Shown piece after piece: positions 51,682-60,640 of a DNA stretch of 64,000 bases; the first letter of the stretch is position 1, and each line of letters opens with the position of its first letter. The stretch spans positions 9,010-73,009 of the forward strand of contig JANMKT010000029.1 in the NCBI GenBank assembly GCA_031372185.1, read 5' to 3'. This stretch comes from Novosphingobium sp. (GTDB lineage: Bacteria; Pseudomonadota; Alphaproteobacteria; Sphingomonadales; Sphingomonadaceae). The position numbers and the translations under genes are program-made. Below the pieces are notes generated by a model that saw nothing but the letters and a program-made list of their open reading frames with translations, was not told where the DNA came from and did no database searches.

Positions 51682-52977
51682 ATGTTCAAATCGATTTTCC
51701 GAACCTTGCGCGCATTGCGATCGCACATCAGCGGAAACGCGACTTTGCTGATGGCGATCGGCATGCCGGCCTTCCTTGGCGCCGCTGGCCTCGCGGTAGA
51801 TGTAACCCAGTGGTACGCATGGAAACGCGAATTACAGCTGGCGACTGATCAGGCCGCGATTGCCGGAGCTTGGGCGCGCACCGATAGCACCACTGCAAAC
51901 ACTTACATCACGCGCGCCACCCAGGATTATAACGCGAATCTAGCGGTTGTCGCCGGCTTTGCGTCAACTCCAACCGTCCAGCTGGCGGATTATGCGAACG
52001 GTAAAGCCAACAGCGTTGCCGTAACCGCAACGGCAAGCAAATCGCTTCCATTCTCGAGCATCGTCAGCGGTCAGGTCGCGACAATCAAAGCCTATTCGCA
52101 GGCCAGCTTTGCCGCCGGCGCAGACTATTCGGCATGCCTGATTGCCACTACCGACACTGGTACTGGTTTGAGCGTAGGCGGAAACGCAACCGTCAAAGCG
52201 AAATGCGGTCTTGCCGCGCTATCCTGCTCGACCGATGCGATCACCATTTCATCCAGCGCGAGCGTAATCACTGATTCAATCGCCGCCTGTGGCACGGTCG
52301 ATGCACCCTCCTCGCTTGACAGCGTGATCACCGAAAATCTCGGATCAGGCGTGCTGACAGACGCTTACTCGGCGTTGACACCGCCAACCAACACTACAGC
52401 GCGAACCTATGCTTGCACCGGCACTGGCCAAAACAAAAAAGCAACGCCGCTTGCCGGGACTTACACTGGTGGGCTGAAGGTCGCTTGCACTACGACCCTC
52501 GGGAAAGGGGTCTACGTCATTAACGGCGGCGATCTTGATCTAACCGCCAATTATGGGGTTACCGGTACAAACGTCATGTTCGTGCTGAAAAACGGCGCAA
52601 CTCTGAAGCTTGGCGGCAGTGGGAATGGTAATAAGGTTACGCTGACCCCGATGCAGTCCACTGATTTCACCGCACTGGGCTATTCGCTGACGCTGGCTAA
52701 CCAATATGCCAACATGCTGATCTTTGAAGACCGCACCAGCACACCGGCAGGTGATCATATCATTAACGGCAATTCGACTTCGCTGTTTCAGGGTGTAATC
52801 TATCTGCCCAAGGGCACTGCCCGGATCAATGGCACGGCAACGCTTGACAGCACCTGCCTGCAAATCTCAGCGTACAAGATCAACATTCTGGGCAATGCCT
52901 CGATCGACACCCGTTGCCCGACCACCAGCGCGATTCATGCCGGTTCGGCAAAAGCAACCGTGAAACTAGTCGTATGA
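51682..52977 (+). CDS. TadG-like Flp pilus assembly protein
   Basis: G-NATLLMAI...GLAVD...LQLATDQAAIAGA Tad N-terminus; Cys/Thr/Gly-rich C-terminal region. Confidence 0.8.
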   Translation: MFKSIFRTLRALRSHISGNATLLMAIGMPAFLGAAGLAVDVTQWYAWKRELQLATDQAAIAGAWARTDSTTANTYITRATQDYNANLAVVAGFASTPTVQLADYANGKANSVAVTATASKSLPFSSIVSGQVATIKAYSQASFAAGADYSACLIATTDTGTGLSVGGNATVKAKCGLAALSCSTDAITISSSASVITDSIAACGTVDAPSSLDSVITENLGSGVLTDAYSALTPPTNTTARTYACTGTGQNKKATPLAGTYTGGLKVACTTTLGKGVYVINGGDLDLTANYGVTGTNVMFVLKNGATLKLGGSGNGNKVTLTPMQSTDFTALGYSLTLANQYANMLIFEDRTSTPAGDHIINGNSTSLFQGVIYLPKGTARINGTATLDSTCLQISAYKINILGNASIDTRCPTTSAIHAGSAKATVKLVV

Positions 52978-53447
52978 CCCGGATTCACCTCACCCCTCCG
53001 CGCTGGCTCATCTCGCTCGTCAGGGACGGGCGCGGAACGACCATTATTGAAACTGCGATTGTGGCACCAGTGCTGCTGACGATGGCGCTGGGCAGTTACG
53101 ATGTCAGCCGTATGATCGCCCGCCAGCATCAACTGCAGAGCGCTGCAGCGGATGTCGAAGGCATCGTCTTTGCCGTTTCGAGCGGCACCGCAACCGATAC
53201 CGTGAAAATAAAGGAAGTGGTCGTCGCGTCGCTGGCGCTGAGAACCGATCAGGTCACCGTGGCCAAGGTCTATCGCTGCGGAACAGCTGCGACTTTGGTA
53301 ACCAGCAGCTCAAGCTGCGCTACTGGCTCGGTTGTTTCCACCTATGTCAAGGTAAGCTTCAGCGATACCTATTCGCCAAGCTGGACGGGTTTCGGCGTTG
53401 GCCAGGCTTTGAATTATAACGTTGTCAGGACAGTGCAGGTCGGATGA
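52974..53447 (+). CDS. TadE-like pseudopilin
   Basis: DGRG-TTIIETAIVAP prepilin site (G-1, E+5). Confidence 0.85.
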   Translation: MTRIHLTPPRWLISLVRDGRGTTIIETAIVAPVLLTMALGSYDVSRMIARQHQLQSAAADVEGIVFAVSSGTATDTVKIKEVVVASLALRTDQVTVAKVYRCGTAATLVTSSSSCATGSVVSTYVKVSFSDTYSPSWTGFGVGQALNYNVVRTVQVG

Positions 53448-53878
53448 AAAATCGCCAGATCTTGAAGAGCATCTTTTGCGATAGACGCGGCTCCGCGTTG
53501 ATTGAGTTTGCCATTCTTGCGCCAGCTCTGATCGGGATGATGCTGGGCATCATGTTCATCGGTTTGCAGATGATGAGCTATAATTCAATCCGCTCCATTT
53601 CATCCGATGTCGCGCGCTATACCCTCGTCGAATATCAGAAGGTGAACAAGATCGGCGTGACCGAGATTCAGAACCAAGCGATCGCGATTGCAATAAATTC
53701 GCCATATGCTCTGGATGACGACAACCTCGACGTCACCGTCACCAAGCCGAATTCGGATATCAGCGGCACCACCAAGTTCACTGCCACGATCACCTACACG
53801 CCGTACAATCCGGTCGCATTCCTTGGAGTCCCCGGTCCAACCATGGTTGAAACCCGCTCGTTCTACGTAGGCACCTGA
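53444..53878 (+). CDS. TadE-like pseudopilin
   Basis: DRRG-SALIEFAILAP prepilin site. Confidence 0.87.
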   Translation: MKNRQILKSIFCDRRGSALIEFAILAPALIGMMLGIMFIGLQMMSYNSIRSISSDVARYTLVEYQKVNKIGVTEIQNQAIAIAINSPYALDDDNLDVTVTKPNSDISGTTKFTATITYTPYNPVAFLGVPGPTMVETRSFYVGT

Positions 53879-53884
53879 ACCGCG

Positions 53885-55270
53885 CTAATTTGAGCGATCA
53901 CAAACCTGCCGCACCGCATCGGCAATCTTTGCGGGATCGATCAGCGCCGCCTTTTCCAGATTGGCGGCATAGGGCAGCGGCACATCTTCATTGCAGACCC
54001 GCAGCACCGGGGCATCGAGATGATCGAAGCCCTCCTCCATGCAAATTGCCATGATCTCGGAGGCAATGCCGCACACAGGCCAGCCTTCCTCGGCCACAAC
54101 CAGCCGATTGGTCTTGGCCAGGCTCGTCAATACTGCCGAGCGATCAAGCGGGCGCAGCGTGCGCAGGTCGATTACCTCGGCGTTGATGCCTTCTGCGGCG
54201 AGTGTCTCGGCTGCATCCAGGGCCAGTCCGACCCCGATCGAATAGCTGACGATGGTCACATCCGTGCCCTCACGCATGATCCGCGCCTTGCCAATCGGCA
54301 GAACGTGATCATCGAGTTCGGGCAATTCGAAGCTGCGCCCATAAACCAGCTCATTCTCCAGGAAAACCACCGGATCTTCGCTGCGGATCGCGGCCTTGAG
54401 CAGGCCTTTGGCGTCCGCCGCGTCATAGGGCGCGATCACCACCAGGCCCGGAACGCTGGCATACCACGGGCCATAGTTCTGGCTGTGCTGTGCGCCGACC
54501 CGGCTGGCCGCGCCATTGGGACCGCGGAACACCACCGGACAGCGCATCTGGCCTCCGGACATGTAATTGGTCTTAGCCGCAGAATTAATAATATGATCAA
54601 TTGCTTGCATGGCGAAGTTAAACGTCATGAACTCAATGATCGGGCGAAGGCCGCCCATCGCCGCGCCGGTGCCGATCCCAGCAAAGCCGTATTCCGTGAT
54701 CGGAGTGTCGATCACCCGCTTTGGTCCAAACTCGTCGAGCAGACCCTGGGTGACCTTATAAGCGCCCTGGTACTCGGCAACTTCTTCACCCATAACGAAA
54801 ACGCGGGGATCGCGGCGCATTTCTTCGGCCATGGCATCGCGCAAGGCCTCACGCACAGTTGAGGTTTTCATATTTGTGCCAGCCGGAATAGAGGGATCGG
54901 CCTTGCGCGGGGCGTTCTTTTTCGCGTCGTCCCGGACTTGACCCAGGGTCGCTGGAGCCTTGGCGTTTCGTTCCGCAATCACATCGACGAGGCCAGCAGT
55001 CCCCGCTTTCGCGGGGACGATGGTGCCCCCCTCACCACCCATTACCGCGATCACGGTGCCGACTTTCACCCCTTCGCTGCCTTCAGGGATCAGGATCTGT
55101 CCGATAGTACCTTCATCGACGGCCTCGTATTCCATCGTCGCCTTGTCGGTTTCGATCTCGGCCAGGATATCACCGGATTTGACTGTATCGCCTTCCTTGA
55201 CCAGCCATTTGGCCAGGGTGCCTTCTTCCATGGTCGGCGACAGGGCGGGCATTTTCAGTTCGATTGCCAT
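53885..55270 (-). CDS. pdhB: pyruvate dehydrogenase E1 beta subunit with N-terminal lipoyl domain
   Basis: Lipoyl ETDKATME; [31 protein letters not shown]. Confidence 0.97.
   Translation of the reverse strand: MAIELKMPALSPTMEEGTLAKWLVKEGDTVKSGDILAEIETDKATMEYEAVDEGTIGQILIPEGSEGVKVGTVIAVMGGEGGTIVPAKAGTAGLVDVIAERNAKAPATLGQVRDDAKKNAPRKADPSIPAGTNMKTSTVREALRDAMAEEMRRDPRVFVMGEEVAEYQGAYKVTQGLLDEFGPKRVIDTPITEYGFAGIGTGAAMGGLRPIIEFMTFNFAMQAIDHIINSAAKTNYMSGGQMRCPVVFRGPNGAASRVGAQHSQNYGPWYASVPGLVVIAPYDAADAKGLLKAAIRSEDPVVFLENELVYGRSFELPELDDHVLPIGKARIMREGTDVTIVSYSIGVGLALDAAETLAAEGINAEVIDLRTLRPLDRSAVLTSLAKTNRLVVAEEGWPVCGIASEIMAICMEEGFDHLDAPVLRVCNEDVPLPYAANLEKAALIDPAKIADAVRQVCDRSN
54925..55023 (-). repeat. 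full-length in-frame palindromic REP-like element forming the pdhB linker
   Basis: 99 bp; minus strand ccatc-gtccccgc-gaaa-gcggggac-tgctggcctcgtcgat...gggtcaagtccgggacgacg; same family as 5621-5712 and 6577-6657. Confidence 0.87.
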
Positions 55271-56361
55271 CAGTAGCTCTCCACCAGCACATCGGTGTAG
55301 AGTTCGGACATCGCCGGTTCTGGCGAGTTCTCTGCAAAATCAGCCGCTTCAGAAACGGTGCTGCGAATTCGCTTGTCAATATCCTTGAGCGCGTCTTCCG
55401 TGACCCCACGGGCGAGCAGTTCGACCTTGGCCGCTTCGATCGGATCATGGTTGTCACGCATATCCTGCACTTCCTCGCGGCTGCGGTATTTGGCCGGGTC
55501 GGACATTGAGTGACCGCGATAGCGATAGGTGCTTAGCTCCATCAGCACCGGGCCGTTACCAGCGCGGACGAAATCAAGCGCAACCTGCGCGGCGGCGTGG
55601 ACTTCAAGCACGTCCATGCCGTTGACCGCCATTCCCGGAATGCGGAACGATGTGCCGCGGCGATAGAATTCGGTCTCTGCCGAGCTGCGCTTGACTGCCG
55701 TGCCCATTGCATAGCCGTTGTTTTCGATCACGAAGATGATCGGCAGCTTCCACAGCGCGGCCATGTTGAAGCTCTCATAAACCTGGCCCTGGTTGGCCGC
55801 GCCATCGCCGAAATAGGCCATGCAAACGCCGCCATCCTCACGGTATTTATGCGCAAACGCGAGCCCCGCACCAAGCGAGACCTGAGCGCCGACAATCCCA
55901 TGGCCGCCGTAAAACTTGTGCTCCACACTGAACATGTGCATCGAGCCGCCCTTGCCATGCGAGATGCCCGCTTGCCGCCCGGTCAACTCGGCCATGATGA
56001 CTTTGGGATCAATCCCATAAGCCAGCATGTGCCCATGATCGCGGTAGCCGGTGATGACGCTGTCGCGCTCGGCATCAAGCGCGGACTGAAGCCCGACCGC
56101 CACGGCTTCCTGGCCGATGTACAGATGACAGAACCCGCCAATCAGGCCGAGGCCGTAAAGCTGCCCGGCGCGCTCTTCAAAGCGGCGGATCAGCAGCATC
56201 TGCTCATAGAAATGCATCAACTCGGCATCGGTTGCAGCAAAGCGCTTGTTTTCGGCATGCGCCTGTTCAAGGCTGCGTAGCGCGAAGCTCTTCTCGTCTG
56301 ACGCTGCCTTGGCAAGCGCGCCCTTTTTTGAACGTGTTCGGCTGGTCGCGGGCTTGGCCAA
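55270..56361 (-). CDS. pdhA: pyruvate dehydrogenase E1 alpha subunit
   Basis: [31 protein letters not shown]. Confidence 0.97.
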   Translation of the reverse strand: MAKPATSRTRSKKGALAKAASDEKSFALRSLEQAHAENKRFAATDAELMHFYEQMLLIRRFEERAGQLYGLGLIGGFCHLYIGQEAVAVGLQSALDAERDSVITGYRDHGHMLAYGIDPKVIMAELTGRQAGISHGKGGSMHMFSVEHKFYGGHGIVGAQVSLGAGLAFAHKYREDGGVCMAYFGDGAANQGQVYESFNMAALWKLPIIFVIENNGYAMGTAVKRSSAETEFYRRGTSFRIPGMAVNGMDVLEVHAAAQVALDFVRAGNGPVLMELSTYRYRGHSMSDPAKYRSREEVQDMRDNHDPIEAAKVELLARGVTEDALKDIDKRIRSTVSEAADFAENSPEPAMSELYTDVLVESY

Positions 56362-56472
56362 GATGCTATCCCCTAAGGCGGATTATTGATCTGCCTATAG
56401 GGGACAGCTTCAATTAGGGAAACCGCTCCATACGTATTTTGTAGCGATTCCACATGAAGTTGCGGACAGCAG

Positions 56473-56784
56473 TTAGTCGAGCAACATCACCATTTCGTCG
56501 GGATGGACGACATTGAGATTGCTGCGCAGCAATTCACCGGCAAGATCGGGATCGGCATGGCGCGGATCGAGCAGCGCAACCCGGTTCTTGAGTTCGTCCC
56601 GCTGGGCAACGAGCAGCGTTAATTCCTTTTGATGCTGCGCCAGAACGCGATTGTTTTCGCTCCACGCCAACAATCCACTTGGACCCGCAAGCGCCATTGC
56701 GCCCAGCAGCAGAAGACAGATCCAGGCAACGCCCTGGGTCATGCCTTTATTTGCGAGCTTCGGATTGCGTTGGCCATTCGTCAT
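56473..56784 (-). CDS. septum formation initiator (FtsB/DivIC family)
   Basis: TM, coiled coil, DPDLAGELLR..L..VHPDE; usual position upstream of pdhA. Confidence 0.82.
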   Translation of the reverse strand: MTNGQRNPKLANKGMTQGVAWICLLLLGAMALAGPSGLLAWSENNRVLAQHQKELTLLVAQRDELKNRVALLDPRHADPDLAGELLRSNLNVVHPDEMVMLLD

Positions 56785-56944
56785 GAACCCTTAGAATCAC
56801 AGTTATTTCGGCGGTTCAAGCAATTTCGCATTACCAGCCGTAAGAATGCAACAAAGTCAGACGAAAGTGCGCCCGGAATGGCGGGAGGACCATTCCGGGC
56901 GCGATCGCCCTACGAGAGTTGGGGGGGAGAGGGCGATCGGAGAG

Positions 56945-57892
56945 TTATTTGCCTGAAGTATCTTCCTGACGATTGGCTTCATCCTTGATTTGGCCTTCTG
57001 TCATCCCGGAGATCAGGACCGTGCCAGTGCCGGTGAAGTTTGAGGCGGGGATGCGCGCGGTCTCGCCATCTACCTTGACCACGAGTTCCTGAACCTTTCC
57101 TTCGGTGTCAGTGATTACCTCGCGGACCTTGCCAATCTTCTCGCCATCGGGCGAAACGATCCGCATCCCGCGCGCGACATCGAAGGTCCCGTCAGCGTTG
57201 CCCGCTGCACTGCCAGCCAAAGCCAATTGCCCTGCCGCACCAGAGAACAGCCCATCGGGAGAACCTATTACATCGCCTGAACCTGAACCAGTCGCGCCAG
57301 AGAGCAGCCCATTGGCCGAACCCGCTGCATTGCCAGAACCCGAACCGGCAGCGCCTGAAAGCAGCCCGTTGGCCGAACCGGTTGCATTGCCCGCAGCCGA
57401 ACCGACGACCGAAGCAGACCGTCCATCAGCCGAACTGGCTGCGTCACGGCTGCTAGTTGCGAATGCGCCAGCGGAATTGCGCGTACTCGAAGCCGCGCTC
57501 CGCAAACCGTCCGTGCCGATCAGTTGAGCGTCAGCATTGCCCGAACCACTGGCGCTGCCATTGCCCGAGCCATTGGCCGAGAGATCGCGCATCGGGGTTG
57601 AAATTGTTTGAGCGAGCCCGCCGTCACCCGAAGCATTCGCCGAACCACCGGCATTGGCGCGGCCGCTGCGGCGATCAACCGACTTGGTAGCTGCCGCATC
57701 GGCTGTTCCTGAAGTCGTGCCACGCGTGGTGCTTTCAATCGAACGCATGTCCGGAAGGCCAATCGGACCCTGGCTGCCCAGTGTGCCGCCGAGCGAGCCT
57801 CCCAGACCACCGCTGCCACCAAGTAGCTGGGCCTGTGAGGGTGTGGCTGTGGCAACAAAAAGTGCTGCCGATGCAAGAATGATAGTTTTCAT
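56945..57892 (-). CDS. secreted Gly/Ser/Ala-rich protein with C-terminal PRC-barrel
   Basis: Signal peptide, AAGGA SD, low-complexity core, GMRIVSPDGEKIGKVREV PRC-barrel. Confidence 0.8.
   Translation of the reverse strand: MKTIILASAALFVATATPSQAQLLGGSGGLGGSLGGTLGSQGPIGLPDMRSIESTTRGTTSGTADAAATKSVDRRSGRANAGGSANASGDGGLAQTISTPMRDLSANGSGNGSASGSGNADAQLIGTDGLRSAASSTRNSAGAFATSSRDAASSADGRSASVVGSAAGNATGSANGLLSGAAGSGSGNAAGSANGLLSGATGSGSGDVIGSPDGLFSGAAGQLALAGSAAGNADGTFDVARGMRIVSPDGEKIGKVREVITDTEGKVQELVVKVDGETARIPASNFTGTGTVLISGMTEGQIKDEANRQEDTSGK
57237..57407 (-). repeat. three tandem 57-bp (19-aa) coding repeats
   Basis: GNATGSANGLLSGAAGSGS / GNAAGSANGLLSGATGSGS / GDVIGSPDGLFSGAAG; equivalent DNA positions 57237, 57294, 57351. 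Confidence 0.85.
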
Positions 57893-57950
57893 AGCGTCAA
57901 TCCTTCGTTGATCTCTGAGCCAGCGCACCTTGTTCGGAGCGCTTGTGAGA

Positions 57951-57980
57951 AAAACGTATGGACGCCTGAAATTTATCCAT
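57951..57980 (-). promoter_or_regulatory. putative ECF-sigma promoter of the PRC-barrel gene
   Basis: Minus strand ATGGATAAA-N15-CGTTTT, matching both halves of the 59276-59313 palindrome. Confidence 0.65.
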
Positions 57981-58013
57981 TAATTACCAATTAAAATCGC
58001 ATGGCACTGTTAT

Positions 58014-59246
58014 TCAATGTTTTATTTTGCATTCATGGCACAGTAGTCCGCGACCAAAGGTAGTGTCGGGGCCGCGCTTACCCAGATCACGGGCTTCGCG
58101 ATCAAGGATCGATACAATCGTTGGCGCGCCCCTCGATTGCAGCGCTGCCGCGGCGCGGGCTGCGACCAGCGGGGTTGCGAACGATGTCCCGCGTACTCTC
58201 ACCAACCGGCCAACCGCATCGGCCGCCAGCATATCGGCGCCGGGAGCCGCATAATCGAGGTGAAGCGCCCTGCCCGCTTCGATCAACGCCCGGTTACGGC
58301 CATCGACACCAGTTACAGCAAGAACGCCGACATAAGAGGCTGGATAAGCTGGCGGTGCCGCCGGACCGTCATTGCCAACCGCCGCGATAATCGTAGTGCC
58401 GCACGCGCGCGCCGCAGCGATTGCCCTCGCCAGCACCGGATTGGCTGGCCCCACCAGACTGACCGAGACCACTCGAACTTTCTGCCTGACCAGCCAGTCT
58501 AACGCGCGCGTGATGGCAAACGCCCCCCCGCCAGCCGGATCCCCGCCATAAACATCCGCTGCATAAATTCGCTGCACTCCGGCCCTGAACAGCAGCGAAG
58601 CGACCGCGCTGGCGTGATTGTTGGCGCTGGCAGTGCCGATGGCAAACGGCTGAATAGCCGCAACCGGCGTAGCGCCACCCGGCGCCCCATCAATAAAACC
58701 GACCGGTTCGCTGATAGCTGCCACAGCCGGAAGCCCCATTCGCGGGAGGGCGGTTTTCGCCAACGAACCACTGGCGAAGTGAAGTTGATCGGCAGTCACC
58801 TCACTATCGGGCGCGAGCCGGGTTGCGAGCTGCTGGGCATTGGCGAGCGACATCCCCTTGGGAATATTGAACCGGGTAACCGTCATCTCCAGTCCGGCGA
58901 GCAGGCGTTGCTCGACAAGTTCAAAACCCGCCTGGTTCAACCGGGTCAAAACATCCGGCGCAGGATCGAGCATCAGCAATTCTCCACGCCGAGCCGGGGC
59001 ACCATTGATATCCCGCTCAATTGTGCCGCGATTGGAACTGAGCAACCGATCGATCCGGTCAAGCCGCACCTGCTCCAGCTGCCGTCCGATCTGGCCCGTG
59101 GCACCGTCCAGCGTGGTGCCGATCGCCCCGGTGGTGCGATCGATCACGGCGCCGGGGAGTGGCAGGAGCGACGGCAGGCCAAGCTGGGCCTGGGACGGTG
59201 CGCCGAACAGAACGGCCAGAAAAAGGGCAATGGAAGCAGTGCGCAT
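58014..59246 (-). CDS. secreted S8 (subtilase) serine peptidase
   Basis: Signal peptide; FIDG (Asp), NHASAVASL (His), AAVGNDG, GTSFATP (Ser). Confidence 0.88.
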   Translation of the reverse strand: MRTASIALFLAVLFGAPSQAQLGLPSLLPLPGAVIDRTTGAIGTTLDGATGQIGRQLEQVRLDRIDRLLSSNRGTIERDINGAPARRGELLMLDPAPDVLTRLNQAGFELVEQRLLAGLEMTVTRFNIPKGMSLANAQQLATRLAPDSEVTADQLHFASGSLAKTALPRMGLPAVAAISEPVGFIDGAPGGATPVAAIQPFAIGTASANNHASAVASLLFRAGVQRIYAADVYGGDPAGGGAFAITRALDWLVRQKVRVVSVSLVGPANPVLARAIAAARACGTTIIAAVGNDGPAAPPAYPASYVGVLAVTGVDGRNRALIEAGRALHLDYAAPGADMLAADAVGRLVRVRGTSFATPLVAARAAAALQSRGAPTIVSILDREARDLGKRGPDTTFGRGLLCHECKIKH

Positions 59247-59275
59247 GGTGTCCTCGCGAATTATTCTTTATCGGG

Positions 59276-59313
59276 CATGGATGAAACGTTCCATCCGCTT
59301 CGTTTCATCCATG
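59276..59313. promoter_or_regulatory. palindromic bidirectional ECF-type promoter
   Basis: 13-bp IR catggatgaaacg/cgtttcatccatg; reads GGATGAA-N15-CGTTTC on both strands. Confidence 0.7.
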
Positions 59314-59323
59314 GAAAACGGCT

Positions 59324-59818
59324 CTGACCAAGACTGACAGCTTCGAGGATTGCCTCACCGCCTTACTACCGCGCCTTCGCAGGTTCGCGGTTGGTTTGGC
59401 ACGCGATCGCAGCGATGCCGACGATTTGTGCCAGATGACCGTTGAGCGAGTGCTCCTGTCGCGCAACCAATGGCAGGCTGGCACCCGTCTTGATAGCTGG
59501 ATCTACCGAATCATGCGTAATCTGTGGATCGATGAAACCAGGTCCCGCAGCCGCCGCAACCGTAGTTTCGTCGATGAAGAAGCGGGCCTCTCGGTTGGTA
59601 TGGACGGCGCGCAGGAAGCTGCGGTTGAGCTTTCAATGGTTGATCGCGCCATGGCCACCCTGCCAGACGACCAACGCGAGGCAGTGTTGCTGGTGATGGT
59701 CGAAGGCTATAAATATGCCGAAGCGGCGGAGATTGTCGGTTGTCCACCTGGGACGCTTGCTTCGCGCCTGGTCCGCGGTCGTGAGGCTTTGCTTCTGGCC
59801 TTGGGAGAAACCCGATGA
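59324..59818 (+). CDS. ECF RNA polymerase sigma factor (start uncertain)
   Basis: LLPRLRRFA, DADDLCQ, WIYRIMRNLWID, LPDDQREAV, GCPPGTLASRLVRGR; no in-frame ATG/GTG upstream of region 2; CTG 59324 assumed, ATG 59311 is out of frame. Confidence 0.85.
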   Translation: MTKTDSFEDCLTALLPRLRRFAVGLARDRSDADDLCQMTVERVLLSRNQWQAGTRLDSWIYRIMRNLWIDETRSRSRRNRSFVDEEAGLSVGMDGAQEAAVELSMVDRAMATLPDDQREAVLLVMVEGYKYAEAAEIVGCPPGTLASRLVRGREALLLALGETR

Positions 59819-60531
59819 CGATCGATCGCGAATTGCTGGCGGCTTATATCGATGGCGAGCTGGACGAGGTCACGGCAGCGCGAGTCGCCCGTGAAATCGC
59901 GGCTTCGCCGGAACTGGCCACGGAAGTTGCAGCACAGAGCGGACTTCGCGGCCTGCTGGCGACGCATTACGCCCCCGTGCTGGATGAGCCGATCCCAGCG
60001 GAACTGACCGATGCAATCGAGCAGTCCCGCAAGGTCGTCGATCTGTCTGAAGTACGCGCCCGCAAGGCCGAGCGCCGCTGGATAACGCTCCGCAACGTCC
60101 GTTTTATCGGTCCTGCGCTGGCGGCTTGCCTGGTGCTGTTCCTGATAATCCCGCGCGGGGTCACCGATGAGCAGGTGCGGACCCAGAATGGCCAGCATTA
60201 CGCTGCCGGACCCCTTGACGCCGCATTGACCGGGCAGCTTGCAGCCAATCAGGAACCTACGGCCGATCCCCGGATATTGCTGAGTTTTCTCACGCAAGAT
60301 GGTTCGTTGTGCCGCGGTTTTTCTGGGGCCAAGCTGGCCGGTATCGCTTGCCGTGAAGCGCGCGGCTGGCGTTTGCGGATGGAGCGGCCGGGCAGCGCGG
60401 CGGCCAGCACCGATTATCGCCAGGCCGGGGCAGCTGATGGCGATATCCTCGCCGCAGCGCAGGAAATGGTCAAAGGCGGTCCACTTGACGCTGAAGCTGA
60501 GCGCAAAGCGCAAGCCAATGGTTGGCGCTAG
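59815..60531 (+). CDS. transmembrane anti-sigma factor
   Basis: LLAAYIDGELD N-terminus, single TM, periplasmic domain with CRGF...ACR; ATGA overlap with the sigma gene. Confidence 0.8.
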   Translation: MTIDRELLAAYIDGELDEVTAARVAREIAASPELATEVAAQSGLRGLLATHYAPVLDEPIPAELTDAIEQSRKVVDLSEVRARKAERRWITLRNVRFIGPALAACLVLFLIIPRGVTDEQVRTQNGQHYAAGPLDAALTGQLAANQEPTADPRILLSFLTQDGSLCRGFSGAKLAGIACREARGWRLRMERPGSAAASTDYRQAGAADGDILAAAQEMVKGGPLDAEAERKAQANGWR

Positions 60532-60640
60532 GCGAGGTTGATCCGTTCAGCGAAGCCTGGCAGCAGGTTTGCAAGACTTGACATTTCCGTGTGGATGTTG
60601 CCAATCTGGTTTCTATTGAAACTATTTACGAGCCGCTGCC

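Noticed and set aside
54938-55276. Plus-strand ORF containing PRFRGDD
   Set aside because: Opposite-strand reading of the repeat inside pdhB; supports the repeat call but is not a gene.
57237-57407. CRISPR array
   Set aside because: Repeats are contiguous, in-frame coding units without unique spacers; no cas genes in the window.
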